Below are positions 22,701-26,602 of a stretch of 55,238 bases of DNA, piece by piece. The number at the start of each line of letters is the position of its first letter. The stretch's first letter is position 1. This DNA comes from Candidatus Margulisiibacteriota bacterium (GTDB taxonomy: Bacteria > Margulisbacteria > Termititenacia > Termititenacales > Termititenacaceae): NCBI GenBank assembly GCA_031267055.1, contig JAIRZV010000033.1:1-55238 (forward strand), read 5' to 3'. The position numbers and the translations under genes are program-made. Below the pieces are notes generated by a model. It worked only from the letters and a program-made list of their open reading frames with translations. It ran no database searches and was not told where the DNA came from.

Positions 22701-23327
22701 CTGGGCGGCGTGAAATACGCTCCGGCATTAGACGCGACTGCGCTGCCGGTGGTGCAGGAAACTCCGACCGCCGAACCGACCGCCAATATTGTGCTCACGT
22801 ACAGCGAAGCGGCGGCCAAGCAAGTCGACGGCAAGACGGACTCTTTCCGCATCTTCTATCTCGATCCGGTCAAGAATGAATGGGTGATCGTGCCCGGTCA
22901 GGAAGCCAAAGAAACCAACGGTATCACCGCGCACGACAAAGAAAAACGTACGCTGTCTGCTCCGGTCATCGGCTTTGGCATGTACAAGATTTTTGACACG
23001 ACTACCTTTGCGGATAATTTGAAAGATGTGCATATGTTCCCGAATCCGTACAAAGGCAACGACGGCGATCTGTCCAACGGCGAAGACGGCTATGCCAACC
23101 GCGATCAGATCGTGCTCGAAAATATCACGAAGACCACGCGGGCGAAGATCTACACGATCTCCGGCGAATTGGTGACGACGCTGGAAGATCCGAACACGAG
23201 CACGCACAGCCTGAAGTGGGATTTGACCAATAGCCGCGGCGCCAAAGTGGCTTCGGGCATCTACATCATCTTGCTGACGGACGAAGAAGGCCATAGATTT
23301 ATCGGCAGATTGACCGTCGTGAGATAA
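4719..23327 (+). CDS. giant secreted surface protein (~6,202 aa): FG-GAP/integrin-alpha-like repeats, Ig-like module array, FlgD-Ig/T9SS-type C-terminal domain
   Basis: Single open frame 4701-23327. The ATG at 4719 is preferred because GGGGGA lies 8 nt upstream. Signal peptide MLNKIKTLFGACVFLLGITAFLSAAG. Many DxNxDGxxD...GAP...G+VY+ repeats. At least 13 module-boundary motifs of the D-x-x-x-P-P type. C-terminal FPNPY...SGIYI domain. Confidence 0.9.
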   Translation: MLNKIKTLFGACVFLLGITAFLSAAGSYLETENNLYDIPIMTQEGNPTVDTKLTIGKHVFSGAIKQGSNNPFLNNSGGNHRVYTPAAYNVMSTDSNKNYIIPSGENYIHGSGQGEQRYEMRRPNYSTSEKLLPGFPAMAKNMVAKKDDSIFDVYPGTANIINHTDFKISFKIYATLTVTDNGNLSDFQPGNTNKYAFTTPYMNLASLNVIIQETPPGNSTTSTNVWTFDKIMSGNIILRREKTRVSLGGYTADAEVWTTTPFVIPGLRDNLAYGFDFFREGEMESGTTVYFEVQVPRAGDPNNYSQYSHTYITAGVPFLDNIVSKNTETGMSDDISNEVLHSQLYGWTADGGKDINGDGFPDLIVGDPYYKYTNASNGSKQTGRVYVYFGGPDKILDSIKDLPSPDIIIEDRPTIAVGSRDREFGYKVKLADINNDGFADILVGQPSYATDSLSINQGRILIYYGGKWSRDGKPHMNITDKNMIVSPSIIINSDKDILSTGDPYRDPLFGAVFDVGDINGDGYADIVAKIGNDVDYKNNFIYVISGQEISSGTNADLSRLTKHVDLKNNLQRSSIYAVAESEVAIIGDMNKDGINDFAVSYPRLDEGYSQSYSDVRVFYGRKGVLDHGGSYGYTNPNILLMDKSENNDYFGISLAGGDINRDGCADLIIGKLTTSADKNTGKVVVLLGQEGVNKANYTYNGDDPNQTSGGVFAISDPLQPDPAAKETASQFGLKVAVADVNNDSYDDILIGAPYYGGSEIGAVYLVLGTGIEATQKIQDNHFHKFVITGREAHAHYGMTIANLGDFNQNGYNDILIGAPGFYGDSFFRGYPMASGDKNYMTEHNIDIFSNTKGIDNALPGILLVSANPQDQEIAWNESINTINLVLFDRGKAGLEFSSIQVELYDPATDRIVATLLNSAMERGIPNGQSERGSDYDLKSLWLSSGNYNDIGIGLPRHFDDFYSYYSGGNGYNERIASETIGSQILYRYNQTPRFIGLQFKLIPGKNIFADSKDYQLRVKVADRGGLTDISQFDEYRLSKFVLNMSTNEPTFASVSHNYRSSETSGNPGTDPIVEPGTLIKVRDMNFDGLDDFVVAYPNWSGVSNDSNTNTEWYNGKVTLLYGSAAPDFTGSTNATWFYGAKDGETNTSPFDFGASVASARLNMGQTELVNVLLIGSNTGFYPVIADPLLPNTTRTSQEMLGTFVEFNTMQEGDVNALNANNHLGKMIVLNSGSDATPDLIAVMNKTATHYQLIANSGIGSYTKGNWLPIDGGDIGKSLGGEAGATANAVQMIAARINNTDTYPSLVFGLPHKDKVIIHHILDEVDVSENKKSSGIVISSSAASINFGASLAAGYFDVKLNVSGNPVDNSSDPNKPSVQSLAIGAPKAKRSQADTGGTGYVLVIHGDKLQTMDITAKDGMEKLGTQNVNYYLRYGEQLGSNFGSSLVALKYMASPEHLAGYEGSLNRPYHDDYDDLAVGAPEYKMDGETNGKVYIYRGGEKFPTVASTAYARKDRTNLGTALANVGDVQNVRAEFLAIYSTNNGDPKSLDYLRTNTMLDTEPPVVISMFPENNQYEVTLDQKIRFTVEDISGVNSNQLNITRVIEGRDVAVVRSGVIVGGQQSINGGKNFDLQVWDVTDLDNPSLLVGNAALNVMPKRVRYVVSLNNCNWNPSEVVELKITVGDGRMIFTTNADGTVRQRLSPLVREFNYGFIAKYDANDAIKTKEIFGSRETNTYFGSSIAYVGDVNKDGYPDFVVGEYGNNSYGWMSGKAYLFLGDKDIDNMTEPAAEFTLQVGSNSSRFDANSAKFGWRVAPAGDINGDGYDDVAVMAVNSSTSGGEVFVLFGNPDPRIVGKGGLKTERDRIYQVAPAPKSFPWDSDYISYHAVSIRAAANASGPDGLGYGLYGGGDLNGDGYDDLLIGAPYHDEKDIKAAGRVYVLYGGNGLLDIHARKSYKYSSVASSYAGPLMLDNVIYDATQPNSGANSFVPQAFPVGYIPNPDPKSYDMFGWSVLTGINLNGDSFDRVKTFNGISETRNIQISDLLIGAPGVEQQKGKVYIYTGKRPVAANQAVYGVDLQNKSVSGGEPGEKFGSSLANLGDISADDNKGYGSKANNLVGQDFVVGAPGYKNMSGAAYLFVSRPEQGNDININKELTVYGQKPGDQFGYTVANVGSIDNDPMGNNDFAVGAPYYDEINRFDEDGEVTSSVSLTPNVGRVYIFGTSLENTGSEENPDYVLKTSVYPSQVATGKQANAFFGAAISSLGDIDQDFSPEYLVGAPGYEIVDTTSTLNTRSNIGRVYFYTNPDTKSPIVFGPMENVYTFPIPGAPNVDLFTKTPVFDSAGHMTNRPKINYNEPLRFRVFDDRAVKLDSVMVELRPEGKNHVSRYTFVPSQTGRKYYTYVNRKNVDFFLNLGADFYYETTYNLRIYATDQKGNALDYNYEPSSNANARYNGYIYDRFGSGTIGGFNVQRVPWAMADLGTGDQDAARTISERSQYVLPYFEYSFITGTNPTGEPEPDQFELWTTWRPTGSAGSQDTNGFYEPTDNILDYFVTRASLYLKLKSASDGEISSYNILAIPAGAVTSAEEGISFNVIRSVVTTNKINYESVGSNDKRRLVFGEKGTAGMEITVTMNEDGIFTLGVWASDVSGNSMPEPRLRTFVHDEYPPKIVTGLFFETQVSGSVTTVTTVNYLPAAGSTHNADDCAINFAIVDKGAGLDVVSTNGAIDLDKFQIYLSFGRDTTTNYNLDTVITVTINVATLNTAGETEYVDISSTMNFWKLITENLTVNARHMDYPDGSNSAKPTTLSIGILEQKFTYLDWVNILVKATDNAGHGDTITYSYRVSPDYRPPQVTYGQPPLINEGEYTWGQLTISLNAYDDVNVAYLVFTVAEDDNAVPSIWNTALLAATNNNGFVLPIPNPIVQSRSITLPVTWSVFVSSSMQTSTDAVTSEIITYNLVEYIRVTESAKDYSGLARLELRPSDTARANPPDGLYHILVAFEDEQHNRSDWTTCSIILDAESETGGPVMPIVRVNYHVDSPTPNNVDVTGLNIPHAQNMPLYFSKDTSVVDLYVYAKDTIVSPQPDAMPSGWLIGDDTADGRPLGVVVSVYSPNGNRDTSGNAITVWRPRGTDGKRASSDILLNYRTQIEARDVNYSGYMMRKIPAFDLSDYVTNNELGEVIDLYVNFADNDMFLPKTFLETGRIDPSDGNSDLWSDYLFTAADAKQTIINARYPTVSYYDDKYDLESSTGIFNYHPFNYLNGLVDAPIWDSKGVTSSVQRKDVISAANAFGRESTLSRNVTANFSEAPAHIRLYYDNTLPELTDLLALGGTAGGQEYSARSYSQNKGYLRFSAKYRDRISTNLMSMPLEVHKLYYQILAVTASGEDTMVWVDTKGDSYFKDRQKKVGSSADGYWRSGSYRSYDDSGLDAGQWIYLTSPTNNKLDRDPGNTTLSTALYKYLKDARNHNKNDLSYVENEENWVTINEGYNSWLTNPESSPNINYDIPSPKQRTNLTPEEEASLEAARYKAILTVKDADGQDITVSANKFATENLTARYMVSANLSLWSVLDISDDKLREGSAYNNWETLSPVEIPVSLDVGVMYFLRVAARDQAGNFSKIAISNPVYIDNTIPNEPSYNYMDGIVLNRNRFDIDFSDNYSGIYNLRLSKGDDTIEPIYLDNQAVTKELLREWRDITTTDRPDDVSSDRTFDYKQQVLNNWKVKPDIWDKLAEGEKTKFYFYLEDAVGLSYSTIGNKGPEFSFVRDTLAPTFDPSWDSSPNGVVSIVDETSKNIHYYTQDETLGLNVKPLEAHLIAVTDLASDWVVATSNTDPRDPRRIDPTLGYFEDEYHAYDDLRHIQDFSFEWEGDHEIRKPWYVQLSKAMERTYKSNIDFGNTQLTRPVEDTRSTINIAFLSARTAAKNDVDMFEDIAAIGSNGNYALAVHFDIDHHKDYLGDGSYDKWEEYTWGGVFATFNAGIDNDRRDATYNYTIGVMLNAEKIDTYAEPRSLIADEDSETPKKYFGYFGLVVETGGRRKVADQRVHSTRDGENWNTWKLLTTNVVVSRDAVDKTVTISIRHLNALEHEIPDVDNGSTKTKTVSANMPYVIKLVPAAQLHGTLLIDSLYVLPGVNVTPHLVASVSQNANGYDFELSTEQKLNVYTILAYDRVGNLAVQNPELLRDNTKPTWSYTDSLEDWVDEPLNRVITSNERGSGVVEGIQAGKRFIAYYHIPPRNVPGKEINSLSVPEYRKAQLRRNELEDKGLLVSANGEVTRNSLPGGRLYSNAMEEFYDAAGKEIYDANGKPMLGSGYIAGFFQAVEDDGMPIRMYNYEIVEATSSTKDVTGEHIWEYNQVRDQGYGLPSNRDKVNSRRYPTEIDTSAAGISSAGSYKLRVQAENLFGVTSDWVETEPIWYDLDAPTISIEIEPSVGEYIQVATGDYAYVMAGNTYNTQDGPTRAIEDMYVPSENGGYILQPSGWYRDSINITVNAVDILRFGKGELGADVYTIGGVGVGQIHVVTNNHGYNPANHSYDSYVFQGENNNLDGYWGTANNTTLNKVITFNLTAEGANSFKVWAVDKFGRSTPWIEKNFDLNIDRKPPVLKVYQGGQTQTTEILDPEKNTLSTYWSSANVGIGFAVDYSDGLGVGTKELHWWVNNEKQTSIALSSIPAYGVTSSIPYYPRGTTESTTMVPREGVVGGFVPKDYSPNNDDRFPPLVLNDAERKQLRDAGILDSVMSDQYDHYEWQKDSVYTEAELIAKLNEIAFVDKQKIIDAWRYSTKQTGSGERGLHYHTIDSEAFSLLDDGYFMVSVNVVDKFGNVSNTGNFGYVLKDTGKPDIQVNLGGSFQSEWYVGGEPYDDYAKTGGGPLDELTGDHMYHEGILFRAQVGDMFNNNVLVTRSYYPNEKITIPDYYDNIKVRTPGSGVRKVQVWINKEEPLSIEIDEGNMNQWPSLASTRFGFSINKYYGESNIAADDFASKNFVIKNNGINMIKYMVEDFAGNAVWPYEDDVTKRQWNEVLGSWVYPSDKNVIRGIKVDTRPPRDVELKIITNNNREAEGTTWTFYNSAYTDTRPDEDNYPLYTKWQNVPVRFSGKDDGIGVWYAYFSASENALSVSCDQGVTNSMDTDDQYVKTDSWENIAKLSKGGNGFNEDPGFKYATKAVGGEQGILDYASYRIVQMGEIQGTRNLTLRMADFFGQNYTVPRSSIEEVSATFNYSDPDFATANYLSVSALSKGLYDAVSNNMGGYTVKFVENDVSGNEIHQFISGGFYDMPTKNREVKDTVNSGNMVDGLDKWGGYTIKTTTISAGVVDGKEIINELTVYLWDMEVDGREDHRTATVTADRQIVLDNKIYPSAIMPVTLPIKDLNYGSGQWQELQKDEAVANGLWTSQAELKVEYVHDEGDELSGITHIMFGGDIVSVRFLGTGNVTTTESYKPGEWVPYVYRSAGLTNNYIVTLRDLLIEGTRNVSIIGVRDRADNQLVSRDVHNVTVDMHSVEFYYDVGMPRDVTNRYLIKNQHGTVLNNKYYVGVPTYNLELDFNGAAYYDILEYSKETSYTSVRSNNYADISADTPGLPRVDGKPDFWVAINDIAMKENKGDGEKTLVIRLFDRGTKDMTEQNMLTITYNHWVDNTPPTLSITGLEDKDSKWYTPNKDFNLHVVDDGAGIASVVYQIRNDDTKTVDTVTRNYAFDSGERYPKATSLNYIKIARSGKNQIDLRVEDGVGNITIYNVDGIKVNTNPPVISEVSPLQGALSGNVIYTNQKALPLRVSGTGIDYLQFEVNTPVTYNKTAQVSRNANNGYAVTVTEQGVSGDGMYTLDILAYDKLYERYGTSGAFYATASYTVLLDRQPPAFSIETGSTGRITVVDDSKVISGRISLQGVSDLQSPVQVFYMINNTGSQAWPAHISGVSSDVWTIYIRDVIEQSGRSNGSYSLRIYAQDLAGNMSATSDVSSDPYKTAAFNVPDGYIMAPRGMVIRGLDIGASANLNEQQQAMQMASSKLGGVKYAPALDATALPVVQETPTAEPTANIVLTYSEAAAKQVDGKTDSFRIFYLDPVKNEWVIVPGQEAKETNGITAHDKEKRTLSAPVIGFGMYKIFDTTTFADNLKDVHMFPNPYKGNDGDLSNGEDGYANRDQIVLENITKTTRAKIYTISGELVTTLEDPNTSTHSLKWDLTNSRGAKVASGIYIILLTDEEGHRFIGRLTVVR
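5740..7200 (+). other. FG-GAP repeat region 1 (about seven blades; approximate borders)
   Basis: DINGDGFPDLIVGDP, DINNDGFADILVGQP, DINGDGYADIV, DMNKDGINDFAVSYP, DINRDGCADLIIG, DVNNDSYDDILIGAPYY and DFNQNGYNDILIGAPGF, each followed by a G+xxVxxG strand. Confidence 0.75.
7960..9340 (+). other. FG-GAP repeat region 2 (degenerate; approximate borders)
   Basis: DMNFDGLDDFVVAYP...GKVTLLYG, SLAIGAPKA...GYVLVIHG, YDDLAVGAPEYKMDGETNGKVYIYRGG. Confidence 0.55.
9920..11630 (+). other. FG-GAP repeat region 3 (approximate borders)
   Basis: DVNKDGYPDFVVGE...GKAYLFLG, DINGDGYDDVAVMA...GEVFVLFG, DLNGDGYDDLLIGAPYH...GRVYVLYGG, LLIGAPGVEQQKGKVYIYTG, DFVVGAPGYKNMSGAAYLFV, DFAVGAPYYD...GRVYIFG, EYLVGAPGYE...GRVYFY. 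Confidence 0.75.
11640..22300 (+). other. array of Ig-like/beta-sandwich modules (approximate borders)
   Basis: Recurrent module-start motifs: DEYPPKIV, PDYRPPQVTY, DNTLPELT, DNTIPNEP, RDTLAPTFD, RDNTKPTWSY, LDAPTISIE, DRKPPVLKV, DTGKPDIQV, DTRPPRDVE, DNTPPTLSI, NTNPPVISE, DRQPPAFSIE. These are followed by motifs such as 'A.D.AGN.S' (e.g. AARDQAGNFS, AYDRVGNLA, AQDLAGNMS). Confidence 0.6.
23037..23324 (+). other. C-terminal FlgD-Ig / T9SS type-A-sorting-like beta-sandwich domain
   Basis: FPNPYKG...AKIYTISGELVTTLED...HSLKWDLTNSRGAKVASGIYIILLTDEEG...GRLTVVR matches the consensus shape of Por-secretion-tail/FlgD_ig domains (PNP..., iy...G.lv, W.g.n..G..v.sGiY). Confidence 0.65.
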
Positions 23328-23338
23328 ACACGACGGTC
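23312..23338 (+). other. 10-bp hairpin enclosing the giant-gene stop codon
   Basis: GACCGTCGTG-agataaa-CACGACGGTC. The TAA stop (23325-23327) lies in the loop. Confidence 0.6.
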
Positions 23339-23357
23339 TCACCTCGGTTCGTTTCGA

Positions 23358-23443
23358 CTAGCGCGGTAAATATTTTGCCCGGAGCGAACGTAACCTTCAG
23401 TGCTATGCCGTGTTCGCGAGGGCAAAGATATTTACCGCGCTAG
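23358..23443. repeat. ~85-nt palindromic intergenic element, copy 1
   Basis: Arms CTAGCGCGGTAAATATTTTGCCCGGAGCGAACG and CGTGTTCGCGAGGGCAAAGATATTTACCGCGCTAG are imperfect reverse complements around an 18-nt centre TAACCTTCAGTGCTATGC. Homologous to 30576-30658. Confidence 0.85.
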
Positions 23444-23481
23444 TAAAATCTAATATTGGCTCCCCTGCTAAGGGGAGCTGG

Positions 23482-23506
23482 CAAAAATCTGCGCCGCAGA
23501 TTTTTG
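23482..23506 (+). terminator. intrinsic-terminator-like hairpin (A-tract/T-tract stem, potentially bidirectional)
   Basis: CAAAAATCTGC-gcc-GCAGATTTTTG: 11-bp stem ending in T5. Flanked by further hairpins at 23459-23478 (GCTCCCC/GGGGAGC) and 23516-23534 (TGTCTCGC/GCGAGACA). Confidence 0.5.
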
Positions 23507-23573
23507 TCTGAGGGGTGTCTCGCGCAGCGAGACATTCAAAGATGTCTGTCAGGTAGCGACGGGCGGTGAGCAA

Positions 23574-23582
23574 TGGTATAAT
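23574..23582 (+). promoter_or_regulatory. extended -10 box TGGTATAAT, 11 nt upstream of the mreC ATG
   Basis: Read directly. No Shine-Dalgarno lies between the box and the ATG at 23594. Confidence 0.45.
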
Positions 23583-23593
23583 GCTTCCCACTT

Positions 23594-24388
23594 ATGCGTA
23601 GAGGGTATTTTTTTCTCTTAAAACTGCTGCTCCTTATCGTTTTCTTAAGCGGCGCACTGAAATTGCTGGCCTTTTTGCCGCTGGAGAAAGCGCCATTGTT
23701 TTTGACCGACAAGGTCGCCGCGTTGCAAAGATTGGAAAAAGGGGTAGAAAATTGGCTGGCGGATTTTGCCGAAACTTTCCGTCTGGTGGCGGTCAGACGC
23801 GGGCACGACCGACAGTACGAGATTTTGTACCGCAAACAGCGCGCCGCGGAGACGCTGCTGCAGGCGGCCGCTTATGAAAATAATCGTTTGCGCGCCGCGC
23901 TGCGTTTTCAGCACAGCTATAGCGGCTATTTAATGCCGGCGGAGATCACCGGCCGCAGCGCCGATCAATGGTTCCGTTTTGTGCTGGCCGGCCAGGGCGC
24001 GAAAGCCGGTGTGCGTGCCGGACAGGCGGTCATCGCGGAACAGGGGCTGGTCGGTTATGCGGAGGCGGCTGGCGCGGACTCCGCGCGCGTGATCCTGATC
24101 ACCGATCCGCTGGTCAATGTCAGCTGCGTCAATGAACGCACCGGCGCCATTTATGTGTTGGCCGGCAAGGACCACAATCGCCTGGAATTAAAATACGCGA
24201 CGCAACATTCCGATATTCAGGAAGGCGACCGCTTACTCACTTCCGGCTACAGCTATCGTTACAAAAAAGGCCTGCCGGTCGGCGTGGTGACGCGGGTGGA
24301 GCTGGCCGCCAACAATCTGACCAAAAAAGTCGTGGTCACGCCCTGTGTTGATTTGTCCAAGCTGGACATTATCTTTTTTGTGCGATGA
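23594..24388 (+). CDS. mreC: rod shape-determining protein MreC
   Basis: N-terminal membrane anchor (FFLLKLLLLIVFLSGALKLLAF), a coiled-coil segment (AAETLLQAAAYENNRLRAALRF) and a C-terminal beta-rich domain (GLVGYAE...ARVILITDP). Directly precedes mreD/PBP2/rodA. Confidence 0.85.
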   Translation: MRRGYFFLLKLLLLIVFLSGALKLLAFLPLEKAPLFLTDKVAALQRLEKGVENWLADFAETFRLVAVRRGHDRQYEILYRKQRAAETLLQAAAYENNRLRAALRFQHSYSGYLMPAEITGRSADQWFRFVLAGQGAKAGVRAGQAVIAEQGLVGYAEAAGADSARVILITDPLVNVSCVNERTGAIYVLAGKDHNRLELKYATQHSDIQEGDRLLTSGYSYRYKKGLPVGVVTRVELAANNLTKKVVVTPCVDLSKLDIIFFVR

Positions 24389-24858
24389 GTTATTTGCTGA
24401 GTTATTTATTGTACGCGCTGTTTTTTTTGCTGGCCTATATTTTGCAGACCACCTGGCTGGCGGATTGGCCTGCGCGGCCGGAGCTGCTCCTGCTGGTAGT
24501 CTGTTTGGGTTTGTCCGGCCGCGCCTACGGAGGTCTGCTGGCTGGTCTGCTGACCGGAGTTTTCTTGGATCTGGCCAACGGCTACGGTTTTTACAACGCC
24601 GCACTGTACGGCCTGCTCGGTCTACTCTGCGGCTTCATGCCGGTCAGTATTTTTCGGGATTTCCGCTCGCTGGTTTTTGTGAATATGCTGCTGGGCTCGT
24701 TGCTGCTGCACGGCGGCTATGCGGCGCTGGCCAAGATTTTTCTCGGACGTTTTATTTTTGTTCCGCTGCCGCAGTATATTTTGACTTTGCTTTTAAATCT
24801 GCTGTTTTTCTGGCTGCTGCAATTTTTTATTAAAGGGAAATATCATATTTATGATTAA
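24385..24858 (+). CDS. mreD: rod shape-determining protein MreD
   Basis: 157-aa polytopic hydrophobic protein. 4-nt ATGA overlap with mreC. Sits in the canonical position. Confidence 0.75.
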   Translation: MSYLLSYLLYALFFLLAYILQTTWLADWPARPELLLLVVCLGLSGRAYGGLLAGLLTGVFLDLANGYGFYNAALYGLLGLLCGFMPVSIFRDFRSLVFVNMLLGSLLLHGGYAALAKIFLGRFIFVPLPQYILTLLLNLLFFWLLQFFIKGKYHIYD

Positions 24859-26602
24859 CCAGCACAAGCGCGCCGCCGCTCAACACACTTTGTGGCTCGG
24901 CGTTTTTTTGTTGGCCGTCCTGCTGGCGCGTTTATTTTATTTACAGATTTTGCAGCATGGCTATTATGATTTTTTGGCCGACGGCATTCGCTCGCGGATC
25001 ATTCCGAGCATCGCGCCGCGTGGCGTCATTTATGATCGTTACGGCATTGTGCTGGCGGAGAGCAAATTAGTATACGCGCTGGACGTGTTGCCTTATCAGA
25101 TCAAAAATCAGGATTTTGTTTTGCGGTTTTTGAAAAATATAAAAATCGACACGTCCGCGCTGGAGCGCAAATTAAAAAACAAAGATTATCTGCCATATGA
25201 ATTGCTGGCGGTGCGACGTTCGCTGGAGCCGTGGCAGATCGCTTACATCGAGGAAAACAAACAGGCGCTGGAAGGCGTGGTCATCAGCACACGCATTGTC
25301 CGGCATTATCCGCAGGGACGGGAAGCCGCACATGTGCTCGGCTATGTCGGGCAGATCGGCTCGACGGAGTTGTCCAAGCTAAAAAATTACGGTTATCAGA
25401 TGGGCGACATTATCGGTCTGGCCGGTCTGGAGCGTTATTATGATTCTTACCTGCGCGGTGTGGACGGCGGACAGCCGCTGGAGGTGGACACGCACGGCAA
25501 TCCGGTGCGCAGTCTGCGAACGCTCGAGCCGGTGCCCGGCCACAATCTACAGCTAACCATTGATTTTGCGCTGCAGCGAGAAGCCTCGCGCGTCCTGGGC
25601 GACCGCAAAGGCGCGGTGGCCATCGTCAATCCGCAGACCGGCGAAATACTGGCAATGGTTTCCAAGCCGGATTATGATCCGAATTATTTTTCCGATTTTC
25701 TCTCCGAGCAGGAGTGGCAGGAGCTCCGCGCCAAAGATCATCCGCTTTACAACCGCGCGCTCGGCGCTTATCCGCCCGGCTCGATTTTTAAGATCGTGAC
25801 TTTTTTGGCCGCGCTGGAGGACAAGATCGACACCGCCAGGACTTTTTTTTGCGGCGGTTCCATGCTTGTCAACGGCCGCCGTTTTGCCTGCTGGTATCTT
25901 GACCGCGGCGGACACGGCACACAAAATTTACTGCAAGGTTTTGTTAATTCTTGCAATATCGTTTTTTACAATCTTGGCCTCCTGCTCGATCCGCAAAAAA
26001 TCGCCGACGCGGCCGCCGCTTTTGGCCTCGGCACGGCGACCAATATCGATTTGCCTTTTGAGAACAACGGCTTCGTGCCGACCGCGCGCTGGAAAAAACG
26101 CACTTACGGCCAAGAGTGGTTCCCTGGCGACTCGCTGAATATGTCTATCGGGCAGGGTTATTTGCTGACCACGCCGCTGCAAATGGCGTTGCTGACCGCG
26201 GCGGTAGCCGATAAACAAAACCGTTTGTTCAAACCTTATTTGCTGCATAAAATTGTTTCCGTGTCCGGCCGACCTGTTCTGCAAAACAAGCCGGAGGCCG
26301 TGAACACACTGCCTTTTGCGCCGCAAAATATTCAATTGGTTAGACGGCTGCTGCGCGAGGTCGTCGATGACGGCACGGGTATTAATGCCAAAATTGATGG
26401 CTTGGTGATCCGCGGCAAGACCGGCACGGCGGAAAATCTCGGCAAGGATCACGCTTGGTTTGTTTCTTACGGACCTTACGAAAATCCCGATCTGGCTATG
26501 GCGATTTTTGTGGAAGAAGGCGGTTTTGGCGGCGTAGTCGCGGCGCGCCTTGCCAGAGAAATTTATCTGTGGTATGACGCGCGGCAGAGAGAGGCAAAAT
26601 AA
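24851..26602 (+). CDS. mrdA: penicillin-binding protein 2 (elongasome transpeptidase)
   Basis: N-terminal TM helix. SxxK = GSIFK, SxN = NSCN, KTG = GKTGTA. 8-nt overlap with mreD. Confidence 0.9.
   Translation: MINQHKRAAAQHTLWLGVFLLAVLLARLFYLQILQHGYYDFLADGIRSRIIPSIAPRGVIYDRYGIVLAESKLVYALDVLPYQIKNQDFVLRFLKNIKIDTSALERKLKNKDYLPYELLAVRRSLEPWQIAYIEENKQALEGVVISTRIVRHYPQGREAAHVLGYVGQIGSTELSKLKNYGYQMGDIIGLAGLERYYDSYLRGVDGGQPLEVDTHGNPVRSLRTLEPVPGHNLQLTIDFALQREASRVLGDRKGAVAIVNPQTGEILAMVSKPDYDPNYFSDFLSEQEWQELRAKDHPLYNRALGAYPPGSIFKIVTFLAALEDKIDTARTFFCGGSMLVNGRRFACWYLDRGGHGTQNLLQGFVNSCNIVFYNLGLLLDPQKIADAAAAFGLGTATNIDLPFENNGFVPTARWKKRTYGQEWFPGDSLNMSIGQGYLLTTPLQMALLTAAVADKQNRLFKPYLLHKIVSVSGRPVLQNKPEAVNTLPFAPQNIQLVRRLLREVVDDGTGINAKIDGLVIRGKTGTAENLGKDHAWFVSYGPYENPDLAMAIFVEEGGFGGVVAARLAREIYLWYDARQREAK

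Noticed and set aside
5001-23342. Dozens of 60-200-aa ORFs antisense to or out of frame within the giant gene (e.g. 21351-21950, 22728-23342, 15768-16313, 9027-9506).
   Set aside because: All are embedded in one continuous 18.6-kb frame with coherent domain motifs. They have low-complexity or Arg/His-rich shadow-frame composition and no start signals.
24345-24833. 162-aa ORF overlapping mreD in another frame.
   Set aside because: The mreD frame starts with an ATGA overlap to mreC and encodes a clean polytopic membrane protein. The alternative frame is Ala/Arg/Phe-rich with no signals.
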